From positions 720,001 through 752,000 of the forward strand of contig NZ_AP024987.1 in NCBI RefSeq assembly GCF_020885515.1: 32,000 nt of DNA. Direction: 5' to 3'. The notes below the pieces were generated by a model. It made no database searches and was not told the DNA's origin. It saw only the letters and a list, made by a program, of their open reading frames with translations. Position 1 is the first letter of the stretch. Every line of letters begins with the position of its first letter. This DNA is from a cyanobacterium endosymbiont of Braarudosphaera bigelowii. Lineage in GTDB: Bacteria > Cyanobacteriota > Cyanobacteriia > Cyanobacteriales > Microcystaceae. This document shows positions 20,305-30,450 of the stretch, piece after piece. Position numbers and translations under genes: made by a program.

Positions 20305-21812
20305 CTATCAAGGTAATTTGTAGACTTACTACAAATTACCTTGATAGTTTTTAAATCTTTATTGCTACATCCAGTAATTATTCCTCCTTGTTGTTTAATT
20401 TTTAGCAAATATTCAATTGCTTCACTAGTAATAACTTCTCCTGGCATTATTGTAGGTATTCCTGGTGGATAAGGACACAACATTTCTCCACTTATTAATC
20501 CAATACTCTTTTCAATGAAAACAATTTTTTTAGATGCGAAAAAAGCATCTCTAGGAGATATACTTAGAGATGAAAAAAATTTTAGATTACAAGATGAAGA
20601 AGGTATCACTATTCCTGAGGATGAGGAATGTATTATTTTCTTAAGTTTTAGAAAAGCTTTTACTAATGCTGTTATGTCTTCTTCAGTATTCCCTATTGAA
20701 ATAATAAAAGTTAGAGACGATAACATAGGTAGCTCTGCCGTAACGTTTAATTTTGTTCTCAAAATTTTATCTACCTGCCAACCACTAACTCCCAGAGAAG
20801 AAATATCAACTGTTAATCTAGTTATATCTAGATCATAAAATTCTGGCTTTTTCTCTACTAAGCTTAAGGTAGAGAATCCATCGATATCATCAATCTTATT
20901 TCTTGATAGCTTCGACAATTTTATAGTTTTGTTCAATAGTTTCTGACCATCAATGACAATCTGTTGTCTTGCTCCATCTAAAGATGCTAATAGTAAACTA
21001 CTAGGACTGCTAGATTGTATAAATTGTAAAGTTTGATTGATTCTATGCTCATCGATGAGATTACCTTGTATATGTAACATAGAGGCTTGTGTCATTGCGC
21101 TCAAAACTTTATGTGTAGATTGAACGCTTAAATCAGCTCCTGCTGATAATGCTGAAGAAGGTAATATTTCGTGGAATTGAAAATGTGCTCCATGTGCTTC
21201 ATCTACCAATAAGGGAATATTATAAGAATGAGTAATTTTGACTATTTCTGAAATATTTCCACAAATGCCATGATAAGTAGGATGAATTATTAAAACTGCT
21301 TTAATATTATGATATTTTTCTAACGTTGCTTCTAAGATGCTTGGTGTAATATTTAGAGGCAAATTCCATTTGGAGTCACATTTAGGATACAAGAAAATAG
21401 GAACCGCTCCAGACATGATTAAACCGGTAGTGATTGAATGATGAATATTTCTCGGTACAATGATTTTATCACCCGGATTACAGACAGCTAGAATTGCGGC
21501 GACTATACCACAACTTGAACCATTAATCAAAAACCAAGTTCTTCTAGCCCCAAAAGCTTCTGCTGCAAGATTTTGAGCCTTCTCAATAGCTTCGTCAGGA
21601 ATAAATAAATTACCTAGCTCTGGTAACTCTGGTAAATCTGACTGAAATACCTTTTTTCCCAATAAAGATGACAATGATGAATTGATCCCTTGACCACGTT
21701 TGTGACCAGGGGCATAAAAAGCTGCATCTTGTTGTTTCTTGAGAATATTTAAGATATCAATCAAGGGAGCTGTATTTTGATAATGAGAATAAACTTTTTT
21801 TGGTGGTGTCAT
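20301..21812 (-). CDS. Orn/Lys/Arg decarboxylase-family PLP-dependent enzyme
   Basis: 503 aa; PGHKRGQG, VDEAHGAHFQFHEILPSSALSAGADLSVQSTHKVLSAMTQASMLH (PLP lysine in STHK), C-terminal CPYPPGIPTIMPGE. Confidence 0.9.
   Translation of the reverse strand: MTPPKKVYSHYQNTAPLIDILNILKKQQDAAFYAPGHKRGQGINSSLSSLLGKKVFQSDLPELPELGNLFIPDEAIEKAQNLAAEAFGARRTWFLINGSSCGIVAAILAVCNPGDKIIVPRNIHHSITTGLIMSGAVPIFLYPKCDSKWNLPLNITPSILEATLEKYHNIKAVLIIHPTYHGICGNISEIVKITHSYNIPLLVDEAHGAHFQFHEILPSSALSAGADLSVQSTHKVLSAMTQASMLHIQGNLIDEHRINQTLQFIQSSSPSSLLLASLDGARQQIVIDGQKLLNKTIKLSKLSRNKIDDIDGFSTLSLVEKKPEFYDLDITRLTVDISSLGVSGWQVDKILRTKLNVTAELPMLSSLTFIISIGNTEEDITALVKAFLKLKKIIHSSSSGIVIPSSSCNLKFFSSLSISPRDAFFASKKIVFIEKSIGLISGEMLCPYPPGIPTIMPGEVITSEAIEYLLKIKQQGGIITGCSNKDLKTIKVICSKSTNYLDS
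20303..20349 (+). terminator. strong intrinsic-terminator-like hairpin (perfect 21-bp stem, 5-nt loop, T-run)
   Basis: aactatcaaggtaatttgtag-actta-ctacaaattaccttgatagtt followed by tttaaatcttt. Confidence 0.75.
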
Positions 21813-22463
21813 TTACCTATTATAAGAATAAGAAACAATAAATCCAGTAATCAAAAAATATTCAAAAGCTTACAACTAACTGTTGAGGCTAGCAAAATTT
21901 AATTTTATCTTTGTTTTTAATATTTGCTTATAAAAAATAGTATATAAAATAATATTTTATATTTTTCCTCTATTTAGTATTTTGGAAATATTTTATTATT
22001 TAAAATAATTTGCTAAAAATTATTTTAAATAATTTCAGATAATTATTAATCTTTTAACTCTTTATTTTTATTATTAAAAAATATATTATTGTCTAATAAA
22101 ATATTTTGTACATATTAAAATAGCATGCTTTTAAAGAGATTTAACATTACTAATTCATAGTAAATCTTCTCAAATGACTTTGTCTGTAAAGTAAATTAAT
22201 TTTAAATATAATTTTTTATCAAATTTAATTGTAAAAATTAGAACAGTTAAAAACTAACAATAATCTTTTATAATTAGAAATTATTTTTGTATCTAAAACT
22301 AAAATATTTGTTGAGAAATAAGAAATATAAAAGAAAAATTAGAATACAAGAAAGCAAAAACCGAACATAATAGAGCCTTTGTTCCAGTTAAGCTTTTTAC
22401 TTAAAACAACCCTTCTTTTATAATCAAATAAAGGCTTATTAGATTCAACTCTTTATTAATAAC

Positions 22464-22940
22464 ATGGCACTGCTTACTACAGGGAAAGGTTTTATTCGTG
22501 ACTTAGAAAAGTCAGGTGCACTTGGAATATTCACTCCTTTGGAGGGAGGATCAGAGGGGCGTTATCAAAGACGTCTACGACTCAACGGATATGAAAGTTT
22601 TTCTTTTACTGCAAAAGGACTTGGAGATATAGAAGCTTATCTTACAAAAGTTCATGGAGTATCTACTCCTCATTTAGGTAAAAAAAACATTGGTCAACAA
22701 GCTGCAGTAGGTCCAATATGTTTTGTTCCTCCAATTGCTACCTATAGACTGGACAACTTACCTTCAGAATGTAAAGGATTAATTTTATGGATTGTAGAAG
22801 GTCATGTCTTTTCTAGAGATGAATTAGAGTATTTAATAAACTTACCTCATCAAGAACCTCGAATTAAAATCGTTGTTGAACTAGGAGGTGAACGTTATTT
22901 TCGCTGGGAATCTTTAGAAAAGATTGTTCAGACAGCTTAA
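22464..22940 (+). CDS. ndhN: NAD(P)H-quinone oxidoreductase subunit N
   Basis: 158 aa; MALLTTGKGFIRDLEKSGALGIFTPLEGG...YQRRLRLNGY, highly characteristic of cyanobacterial NdhN. Confidence 0.93.
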   Translation: MALLTTGKGFIRDLEKSGALGIFTPLEGGSEGRYQRRLRLNGYESFSFTAKGLGDIEAYLTKVHGVSTPHLGKKNIGQQAAVGPICFVPPIATYRLDNLPSECKGLILWIVEGHVFSRDELEYLINLPHQEPRIKIVVELGGERYFRWESLEKIVQTA

Positions 22941-22948
22941 TAAATATT

Positions 22949-22990
22949 AAGGAATTGCAATTTTTTAGTTATCCGAGAATGCAATTCCTT
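22949..22990. terminator. hairpin in convergent ndhN/recR spacer
   Basis: aaggaattgca ... tgcaattcctt, 11-bp perfect arms separated by 20 nt. Confidence 0.4.
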
Positions 22991-23142
22991 GACCACATTG
23001 TTAAAAATTGACTCTTAAAAACTTTAAAGAACTACTATATTAAATAATAAACGTTTAATTATTCAATACCAATACTGTTTAGAAAAATATCTAATGATCA
23101 GATATTTTTCTATTGTTTACTTCACATAATTCTCTAATTTTA

Positions 23143-23736
23143 TTAATTTAATTCTTGTCGCCCAGCTAAAGCTCTTGCCAAAGTTATTTCGTCTGTATAT
23201 TCTAAGTCTCCGCCTACAGGTAAACCGAAAGCAATACGCGTCACTTTTGTAAAAGCTTTAAGTACCTGACAAAGATATAAAGTCATAGTTTCCCCTTCAA
23301 CTGTTGGACTAATCGCTAAAATTACTTCTTCTATATTTTCCTGAGATACACGTTTCACTAGTGGTGCAATATTTAGCTGTTCTGGTCCAATACCATCTAT
23401 AGGAGACATAATTCCTCCTAATACATGATACATTCCTTTATATTCTCTAGTTTTTTCTAGAGCAATAATATCTCGGGATTCAGCCACAACACAAATAAGC
23501 CCTGAATTTCGGTTTGTATTACTACAAATATCACAAATAGGTTGTTCTGAAAAATGAAAACATTTTATACATAAACCTATACGTTGCTTCGCATTTATTA
23601 AAGCTTTAGCAAGAGCTTGAACTTCAGATTCAGGTAGTTTGAGAATATAAAAAGCTAATCTTTGTGCTGTTTTTGGACCAATTCCTGGTAAACGTTGCAA
23701 TTTTTCAATTAAACGAGCTAGAGGAGGTGTGAAAAT
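23143..23736 (-). CDS. recR: recombination mediator RecR; start codon uncertain
   Basis: Track calls 23143..23700 from TTG ([20 protein letters not shown]). Conserved N-terminus (I)[19 protein letters not shown] extends in frame to at least 23736. Zinc finger [16 protein letters not shown] and Toprim region present. Confidence 0.9.
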   Translation of the reverse strand: MFTPPLARLIEKLQRLPGIGPKTAQRLAFYILKLPESEVQALAKALINAKQRIGLCIKCFHFSEQPICDICSNTNRNSGLICVVAESRDIIALEKTREYKGMYHVLGGIMSPIDGIGPEQLNIAPLVKRVSQENIEEVILAISPTVEGETMTLYLCQVLKAFTKVTRIAFGLPVGGDLEYTDEITLARALAGRQELN

Positions 23737-23830
23737 AAGAAATAACTCCCAACTTAATAAATTATATATACATATATGAAGCCCTAAGATAGCTGATGAT
23801 AGAATTGAACTATCGTAAATTATTATTCTA

Positions 23831-24598
23831 CTAATTTAAATTTTTAATCTTATCAGCTTTAATGTCCAATTTTGTATTTCCTTTTGTATATTGATTCTCA
23901 TCATTAATTAGTTTAATAGGTCTTTTATAACGAGGTATTTTTTGTGTTGGTACTTCAAGATCTTTATCCCATCCCCAGCAGTTTCGTGAAGGAATAAATT
24001 TGAAAATTCCTTGAATAAACCAACGAGGAGGCATTTTATTTTTTGAAATTTTAGGATTAAATCTAAAAGGTACTGCCTCATCTTCTCGTCTCATCAGGAC
24101 TGGAAGATGAGATGCCTTAAATTTTCCTTTAGGATCGTGAGCATTCTCATTTCGATATACAGAAATAACCGGAGTTCGAATCTGTGGAACAAATTGCCAA
24201 ACTCCTTTAAATTTGAACATTCCTGGTTCTTCTCCCCAAGAATTTTGTTCTTCCCAAGCAGCAACTTGAAAATAAATTTGAGGTTCTTTACGAGGTATCA
24301 TCAGGAACTTAGGATAAACACGCAAAAATAATGTTTGGTCATGATTGGAAGATATTTGCTTAAGCCAAGCTTGGTATTTATAACCAGCAATAAATAACTT
24401 ATAACATTTTTCTCCTAAACGAATAAAAAAATGACCTTCTTCATCTTGTTCAGGCTTCCCTTTAAGGGTTCCAATAGCTTGAAAAAGGATAGGATTTTCT
24501 TTAACTTCAAGTTTAGGTACTGAAGTTTCTTTAGATTTAGTAGGTTTTGAGATCCCAGCAGCAAGTTCTTCAGGGACGGACATTTTTACGTTTCCCAA
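23831..24598 (-). CDS. conserved hypothetical protein (255 aa)
   Basis: Long intact ORF with basic C-terminus; no firm family recognised. Confidence 0.75.
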   Translation of the reverse strand: MGNVKMSVPEELAAGISKPTKSKETSVPKLEVKENPILFQAIGTLKGKPEQDEEGHFFIRLGEKCYKLFIAGYKYQAWLKQISSNHDQTLFLRVYPKFLMIPRKEPQIYFQVAAWEEQNSWGEEPGMFKFKGVWQFVPQIRTPVISVYRNENAHDPKGKFKASHLPVLMRREDEAVPFRFNPKISKNKMPPRWFIQGIFKFIPSRNCWGWDKDLEVPTQKIPRYKRPIKLINDENQYTKGNTKLDIKADKIKNLN

Positions 24599-25421
24599 TA
24601 GTTTTTTGTGATTTATCTAGCTAAATTTATCTAAATAATAAACTCCCAGATACAATAAGTCTAGGGGTGTTATAGTTATAGCCTTTGCCATAATTATTCT
24701 ACACAAATCGTTTAAAAAAGTGCTCTAACTAAAGAATGCATTTAGGTTTAATAAGAGCTAAAGGTAAAAAATGTTCTTTTTTAAGTTACAGACGTCCAAA
24801 AAATAGATTAAAGTAAACATTAAGTACTAACTGTGAAGTTAAGTTTGCCTATTAATAATACGAATTTTGAAAAATTAAATAAACGAATTAGAACTAAGCT
24901 TTATACTAGATATCACACGCTGATATTTATAAAGTAAAATAGTATAGTTAGGTGAACTACTGAAAATGGTAAGATCAAAGAATTTTGAAGTATGATTTGT
25001 CCAAGAGACTTTAAATCGTTAGCAAAAAATATTTGCCATACTTAAAATAAGTACCCCTGCACAATTTAGTTATGTTTATCTAAGTATAAATATATGCGCA
25101 AATAATATTAAAAGTGTGTAGTACAATGTTAAAGATATATTGATTTTACAACTTTCAAATTTCTTAGAATAATATTTTTCGTTAAGGATTTTCAGAAACT
25201 AAATCATAAACTAAATGAAAATAAAAATTTGAATATTTCATATATAGTATCTAAGAAATTATATTTTTTGTTATTTATAATAATTGTTTAATAAAGTTGT
25301 ATCACAGATTCAATATAAAGAATATTAAGAGTTGCTTAACATAAAATTTGTATATACAGTTTTTCAATTGAACTATTTGTTATAGTCCATTAAGTTAAAT
25401 TCACTATTTACTAACTGATAT

Positions 25422-25967
25422 ATGTTTAATATAAAACTTTTACAACCTGATTTAATTCTAGGTGATACAGTTCTTGGTTTGACACAGGAAGTGCTTGATC
25501 AGTATAAAATCAAAGGACTAATTTTAGATGTTGATGAAACTTTAGTTCCTCTGAAAAAATCTTCTGTTTCAGAAGAACTAATATATTGGATAAACCACAT
25601 TAAAATAAGAACTCCTATCTGGTTAGTTAGTAATAATCTTAGTAAAAATCGTATTAGTTATATTGCTGATACATTAGACTTACCTTATCTATTAGGAGCT
25701 GTTAAACCATCTAGAAGAAAACTTCGCAAGGCAATTAGTGCAATGAATTTACCAGTAACGCAAGTTGCTATGGTAGGTGACAGACTGTTTACAGATGTTT
25801 TGGCCGGAAATCGTTTGGGAATGTTTACGATTTTAGTAAATCCTATTATTACTAGTAAGTCTCATCCTATTCAAGATTTAGAAGTTTGGATATCTCAAAA
25901 ATTAGGAGTATCTTTTACATCTTCAGAATATAAGTTTGTGAAGAAGACCAGGAAAACTAATCATTGA
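25422..25967 (+). CDS. YqeG family HAD IIIA-type phosphatase
   Basis: 181 aa; HAD motif I LILDVDETLVP, motif II WLVSNN, motif III KPSRRKLR, and VAMVGDRLFTDVLAGNRLGM. Confidence 0.92.
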   Translation: MFNIKLLQPDLILGDTVLGLTQEVLDQYKIKGLILDVDETLVPLKKSSVSEELIYWINHIKIRTPIWLVSNNLSKNRISYIADTLDLPYLLGAVKPSRRKLRKAISAMNLPVTQVAMVGDRLFTDVLAGNRLGMFTILVNPIITSKSHPIQDLEVWISQKLGVSFTSSEYKFVKKTRKTNH

Positions 25968-26110
25968 GGATTAAATAGAATTTTAAATTAATTTAATGTT
26001 TGATAAATTTTAAACTCTTTTGTCATACACTAGAGCTATATTTTAATAAAGGTTTATGAGCTTATTTAGAATAATTTCATCTTTAAATTAACCTTATAAA
26101 ATCTCTAGCG

Positions 26111-27751
26111 ATGAATAATAATATTTTATTTTGCATTGAAGAATTATCTATTCAGTATCCTAATAGCAATACTCGAACAGTAAATGATATTTCTTTTAAC
26201 TTATATGAAGGAGAAAGAATTGGACTGATAGGAGAATCTGGATCTGGTAAATCAACTATAGGAAAAGCTATGTTGAATCTCTTACCAGATATGACTAAGA
26301 TTGAAGGAACTATTAAATTTCGGAATAAATCAATTTTTAGTTTGAACTCTAAGCAGCTAAGACATTTAAGGGGAGAGTTAGTTGGCTTGGTTTTTCAAGA
26401 TCCTATGAGTCGTTTTAATCCAATAATGACTATTGGTGAACATTGTATTGAAACTTTACAAGTTCATAATTATAAGATATCTTACCAAGCCGCAAAAAAA
26501 ATTGCTATAGATATTTTAGCAAAAGTAAAAGTTAATCTTATTTGCTGGAAACAATATCCCCATGAGCTAAGTGGAGGAATGCGACAAAGAGTAGCTATAG
26601 CAATGGTCTTATTACTAAATCCTAAAATCATAATTGCTGATGAACCGACAACTGCTCTAGATGCTACCGTGGCTAATGAGATATTAGAGGAATTAGTTTA
26701 TTTATGTCAAGAAAGAAATATGGGACTATTACTAATCTCTCATAACTTAGCTATGGTAAGTAAGTATTGCAATCGTTTAGCCATCATGAAAGATGGCAAG
26801 TTATTAGAAATAGGAAAAATATCAAATATATTAAATCACCCTCAGCATGATTATACAAAGTCATTGTTAAAAATAGCTTTACATACACAAAGAGAAGAAA
26901 ACTATATAAGTATCGAAGTTGATAAACAAAATAAAATAGAAATAAAGCCTTTACTAGCCATTAAAAATTTAAAACAGCACTTTATCGTAGATCAAAATTT
27001 AATTCAAAGTTTTTTCTTAAAAAAAACGCAAACTATTAAAGCTGTGGATAACATCAGCCTTCAGGTTTTTCCTGGAGATTCTCTAGGATTAATAGGTGAA
27101 TCTGGTTGTGGTAAAAGTACATTGTCTAGAACTATATTGCAGTTACTAAAAGCTACATCGGGAAATATTAACTTTAGGGGACAAGATTTAACGCAGCTTT
27201 CTAGCAAAGAAATGCGTTTTCAACGACGTCACTTACAAATGATTTTTCAAGATCCGCAGGCTTCTCTAAACCCTTTGATGACAATTGGAGAAAGTATTTC
27301 TGAACCTTTAATCATTCATAATCTAGCGACTAAAAAGCAAGCACAGAATCAAGCATATGAAATGTTGGAGATAGTAAAATTAAGTCCAGCAAATTATTAT
27401 TATTATCGTTATCCTGAAGAGCTCTCAGGAGGACAGCAGCAGAGAGTTGCTATTGCTAGAGCACTTATTACAAAACCTAGTTTAGTTATTTGCGACGAGC
27501 CTGTCAGTATGCTTGATGTCTGTGTTCAAGAGCAAATACTTAATTTAATGTCTGAATTGAAAGATGAATTTAAACTAACATATCTTTTCATAACACACGA
27601 TCTATTGGTTGCCCGTTCTTTTTGTAATAAAATAGCTGTTATGAAACAGGGTAAAATACTAGAAATAAATGATACTAAAAATATTTTTAGGTATCCTAAG
27701 CATCCTTATACAGTAAAGCTCTTAAAATCTATACCTCTATTATTATCATAA
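26111..27751 (+). CDS. fused dipeptide/oligopeptide ABC transporter ATP-binding protein (DppD-DppF/YejF-like)
   Basis: 546 aa with two ABC ATPase domains: GESGSGKST / LSGGMRQRVAIA and GESGCGKST / LSGGQQQRVAIARAL. Confidence 0.9.
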   Translation: MNNNILFCIEELSIQYPNSNTRTVNDISFNLYEGERIGLIGESGSGKSTIGKAMLNLLPDMTKIEGTIKFRNKSIFSLNSKQLRHLRGELVGLVFQDPMSRFNPIMTIGEHCIETLQVHNYKISYQAAKKIAIDILAKVKVNLICWKQYPHELSGGMRQRVAIAMVLLLNPKIIIADEPTTALDATVANEILEELVYLCQERNMGLLLISHNLAMVSKYCNRLAIMKDGKLLEIGKISNILNHPQHDYTKSLLKIALHTQREENYISIEVDKQNKIEIKPLLAIKNLKQHFIVDQNLIQSFFLKKTQTIKAVDNISLQVFPGDSLGLIGESGCGKSTLSRTILQLLKATSGNINFRGQDLTQLSSKEMRFQRRHLQMIFQDPQASLNPLMTIGESISEPLIIHNLATKKQAQNQAYEMLEIVKLSPANYYYYRYPEELSGGQQQRVAIARALITKPSLVICDEPVSMLDVCVQEQILNLMSELKDEFKLTYLFITHDLLVARSFCNKIAVMKQGKILEINDTKNIFRYPKHPYTVKLLKSIPLLLS

Positions 27752-27984
27752 AAAATTACTATCTTTATTGACTTTTCTCAGCTCATATTAGCAGTAATTT
27801 TTAATAAATGAAGTATTGATTTCAGCAGACATTACATTATATGGTTTCTCTTATTATAAATAAAAACCATATAAATGTTTTAGGCTTATATCGTAAATTA
27901 AAGTAAAATCATGAATGTAATTTGTTGCGGCTGTTAGTATCTTATAATTAATTGTTTTGGAGAGTGTATACACTATCTATTGGA

Positions 27985-28057
27985 AGCCACGTATCGGATT
28001 TGAACCGACGGCCCCATCATTACGAGTGATGTGCTCTACCAGCTGAGCTAACGTGGC
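27985..28057 (-). tRNA. tRNA-Thr (anticodon CGU)
   Basis: Minus strand folds as GCCACGT-TA-GCTC..GAGC-A-CATCA-CTCGTAA-TGATG-..-GTCGG-TTCAAAT-CCGAT-ACGTGGC; anticodon CGT in a 7-nt loop. Discriminator T is followed by TCCA, so CCA is not immediately encoded. Confidence 0.95.
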
Positions 28058-28305
28058 TTAAACATGTATTACTATATCATATTCAAGAAATTAAGCTACT
28101 TAAGAAATATAGATAGTTGTATGAATGTCATAGTTCGTAACTTAATAATAAAAGAATCAAAAACTATTAATGAAGATATATATTATTTGAAATTTGTAGA
28201 TCTAATCACTATATAGATAATTATTGATACATATAAATTCTTTATAAGTATCAATAGATGAGGTTCTCTAAGCCTAAAATTATTGCTGATACGATTAAAT
28301 ATGAG

Positions 28306-28337
28306 GAAAAATAACTTATCATAATTAGTTATTTTTC
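28306..28337 (-). terminator. intrinsic-terminator-like hairpin downstream of minCDE
   Basis: gaaaaataact-(10 nt)-agttatttttc, 11-bp perfect arms with T-run inside the 3' arm, 45 nt beyond the minE stop. Confidence 0.45.
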
Positions 28338-28381
28338 TACATTAATTGAGATATCTTAGCTTTTATTTTGTTATTTATTTC

Positions 28382-28666
28382 TTAACCAATCTTTGTAGTA
28401 TCTCTTTTTACTCTACGGATAGGAAGATTAGCTATTAAAGCTGTCATTCGCTGGTCGCTTTCTAAAGAAAACTCCATTTGTTCAGAATCAATATCTACAT
28501 AACGTTTTACTACTGCTAATATGTCAGCTCTCATAGCTTCTACCATTTCTGGGTTCAGATCTGCACGATCATGCGCTAGGATAAATTTTAGACGATTTTT
28601 AGCATCATCTCCACTTTTGAGAGAATTTTTCCAGGGAAATATTTTTTCGAGTAAATCAATAATCAT
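28382..28666 (-). CDS. minE: cell division topological specificity factor MinE
   Basis: 94 aa; AKNRLKFILAHDRADLNPEMVEAMRADILAVVKRYV, adjacent to minD. Confidence 0.93.
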   Translation of the reverse strand: MIIDLLEKIFPWKNSLKSGDDAKNRLKFILAHDRADLNPEMVEAMRADILAVVKRYVDIDSEQMEFSLESDQRMTALIANLPIRRVKRDTTKIG

Positions 28667-28693
28667 GACTATAATTTAAATATTATAAAACTT

Positions 28694-29491
28694 TTACTTT
28701 TTGAAAAAACTAATTAAACGACCAAACAGGTTATCATCGACTGCCATAAAATCAAGAAAAGGAACATTTTTTCCATTTAATCGTTCTGCAATATTGACAA
28801 AAGCTGTCGCAGGTAAAGAATGGTTTTCTTCTAGTACTAAAGGTTCTCCCTTATTTGTTGAAATAATGATCTTTTCATCGTCTGGTACTATACCTAACAG
28901 AGGAACTACTAGTAAATCCAGAATATCTTCAACTGCAATCATTTGATTAGATTGAATCATTTTAGGCTTAATTCGGTTCACTATTAGATGAATCTTTTGA
29001 ATATCTTCACTCTCCAAGAGCCCTACTACTCTGTCAGCATCTCGAACTGCAGCCATCTCGGGAGTAGTAACTATTATAGCCTCATGTGCAGGAGAAATAG
29101 CGTTTCGAAAGCCCATTTCTATTCCTGCTGGACAATCGATAAGAATAAAATCAAATTTTTTGTCTAATTCAGCTACTAATTTTTTCATATCATCGGGACA
29201 TATAGCTTCTTTAGTGCGATTCTGAGCTGCTGGAAGTAACATTAGATTGGGTTGGCGTTTATCTTTGACTAAGGCTTTGTCTATAGTGCACTGTCCTCCT
29301 AAAACATCAACAGCAGTATAAACTACCCTTTGCTCTAATCCTAGAAGTAAGTCTAAATTTCTCAAACCAAAATCTGCATCAACTAAGACAATTTTAAATC
29401 CTAAATAAGCTATTGCTGATCCCAAATTGGCGGTAATAGTAGTTTTACCAACGCCTCCCTTTCCAGAAGTAATTACAATTACACGACTCAT
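28694..29491 (-). CDS. minD: septum site-determining protein MinD
   Basis: 265 aa; deviant Walker A GKGGVGKTT, QLLFRN-type VDADFGLRNLDLLLG, C-terminal amphipathic helix NLFGRLISFFKK. Confidence 0.96.
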   Translation of the reverse strand: MSRVIVITSGKGGVGKTTITANLGSAIAYLGFKIVLVDADFGLRNLDLLLGLEQRVVYTAVDVLGGQCTIDKALVKDKRQPNLMLLPAAQNRTKEAICPDDMKKLVAELDKKFDFILIDCPAGIEMGFRNAISPAHEAIIVTTPEMAAVRDADRVVGLLESEDIQKIHLIVNRIKPKMIQSNQMIAVEDILDLLVVPLLGIVPDDEKIIISTNKGEPLVLEENHSLPATAFVNIAERLNGKNVPFLDFMAVDDNLFGRLISFFKK

Positions 29492-29528
29492 GATTAAAAA
29501 CTCTACTATATAGTATGAAATATTTATT

Positions 29529-30350
29529 TTACATGGCTAAGGATTTTTTTTCAGTCCATTTTTCTTCTTTATTAGCGAAGATATGAGTTTTATTGAAATT
29601 AATAGCTGATTTTAAATGTATACCTTCTTTACTTAAGTAGGCTACTTCAGGTTCTAAAAATTCTGGAATACTTGAGGGAGGGCGAGCAACAGATGTTCCT
29701 ATACGAAGTTGTGTAGGTTGCATTTTAAGCGCCATAACACAAAACTCTGAGTCACCTTGTGCACCTGCGTGAGCAATACCACGTAAACATCCCCATATGA
29801 TGATATCACCATCAGCAATTATTTCCCCTCCTGGATTAACATCTCCTTGAATAATAATTGTTCCCGGATGACGAATAACCATACCAGAGCGGATAGTTGT
29901 TTTTAAATATAAAGGTTCATTTAGGGCACCATTTTGGGTATTTTTTATAGAGGAAAATTTTTTATAAGGAATTTCCTGTTCAACAGAATAGCCTATAGTA
30001 GCAGCAGTTACAGCTGTTTGACGACGACTAGTGAAAATATGAGTTAGATGCAATTCTAAGGCCTCTAGAATTTTACCTATACTATGAAATTGACGACTAT
30101 CAAGTAAACGATTTTTTGCTATTAAACGCACTTCAGTTCCAGATTTCCAAGTTCCCTTGTGATGTTTTAAACAACATTTTAGATCTTGTAAATGCTCTGT
30201 CCAATCTTTATCTTTTTTACTGGGTTCAAGATCTGGTAATATCAAATATAACTTTTCTCCTATTCTTTGTAAATGAACTTGAGAATACATCTTAATATCA
30301 GAAAGGAATGGTTCAGTATTTGCTTGAGAAGTAATGTTCTTAGAACTCAT
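29529..30350 (-). CDS. minC: septum site-determining protein MinC
   Basis: 273 aa; C-terminal RSGMVIRHPGTIIIQGDVNPGGEIIADGDIIIWGCLRGIAHAGAQG; upstream of minD. Confidence 0.94.
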   Translation of the reverse strand: MSSKNITSQANTEPFLSDIKMYSQVHLQRIGEKLYLILPDLEPSKKDKDWTEHLQDLKCCLKHHKGTWKSGTEVRLIAKNRLLDSRQFHSIGKILEALELHLTHIFTSRRQTAVTAATIGYSVEQEIPYKKFSSIKNTQNGALNEPLYLKTTIRSGMVIRHPGTIIIQGDVNPGGEIIADGDIIIWGCLRGIAHAGAQGDSEFCVMALKMQPTQLRIGTSVARPPSSIPEFLEPEVAYLSKEGIHLKSAINFNKTHIFANKEEKWTEKKSLAM

Positions 30351-30450
30351 ACAATTAACTCTTTAAAAATATTAAGCATCAGCTTAACATTAACTGATGC
30401 TTAACTTAATGGTTTTTAAGATGATAAATATGCTTTAATCTGGCTGTAGC

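Noticed and set aside
20515-20838. 107-aa plus-strand ORF inside the decarboxylase
   Set aside because: Antisense shadow ORF.
24107-24331. 74-aa plus-strand ORF
   Set aside because: Antisense to the intact 255-aa conserved ORF; no features.
27753-27815. A/T-only inverted repeat (aaaaattact ... agtaattttt) after the ABC ATPase gene
   Set aside because: Ten weak pairs with a long loop in very AT-rich sequence; could be chance, not supportable as a terminator.
28701-28946. 81-aa plus-strand ORF inside minD
   Set aside because: Antisense shadow ORF within MinD.
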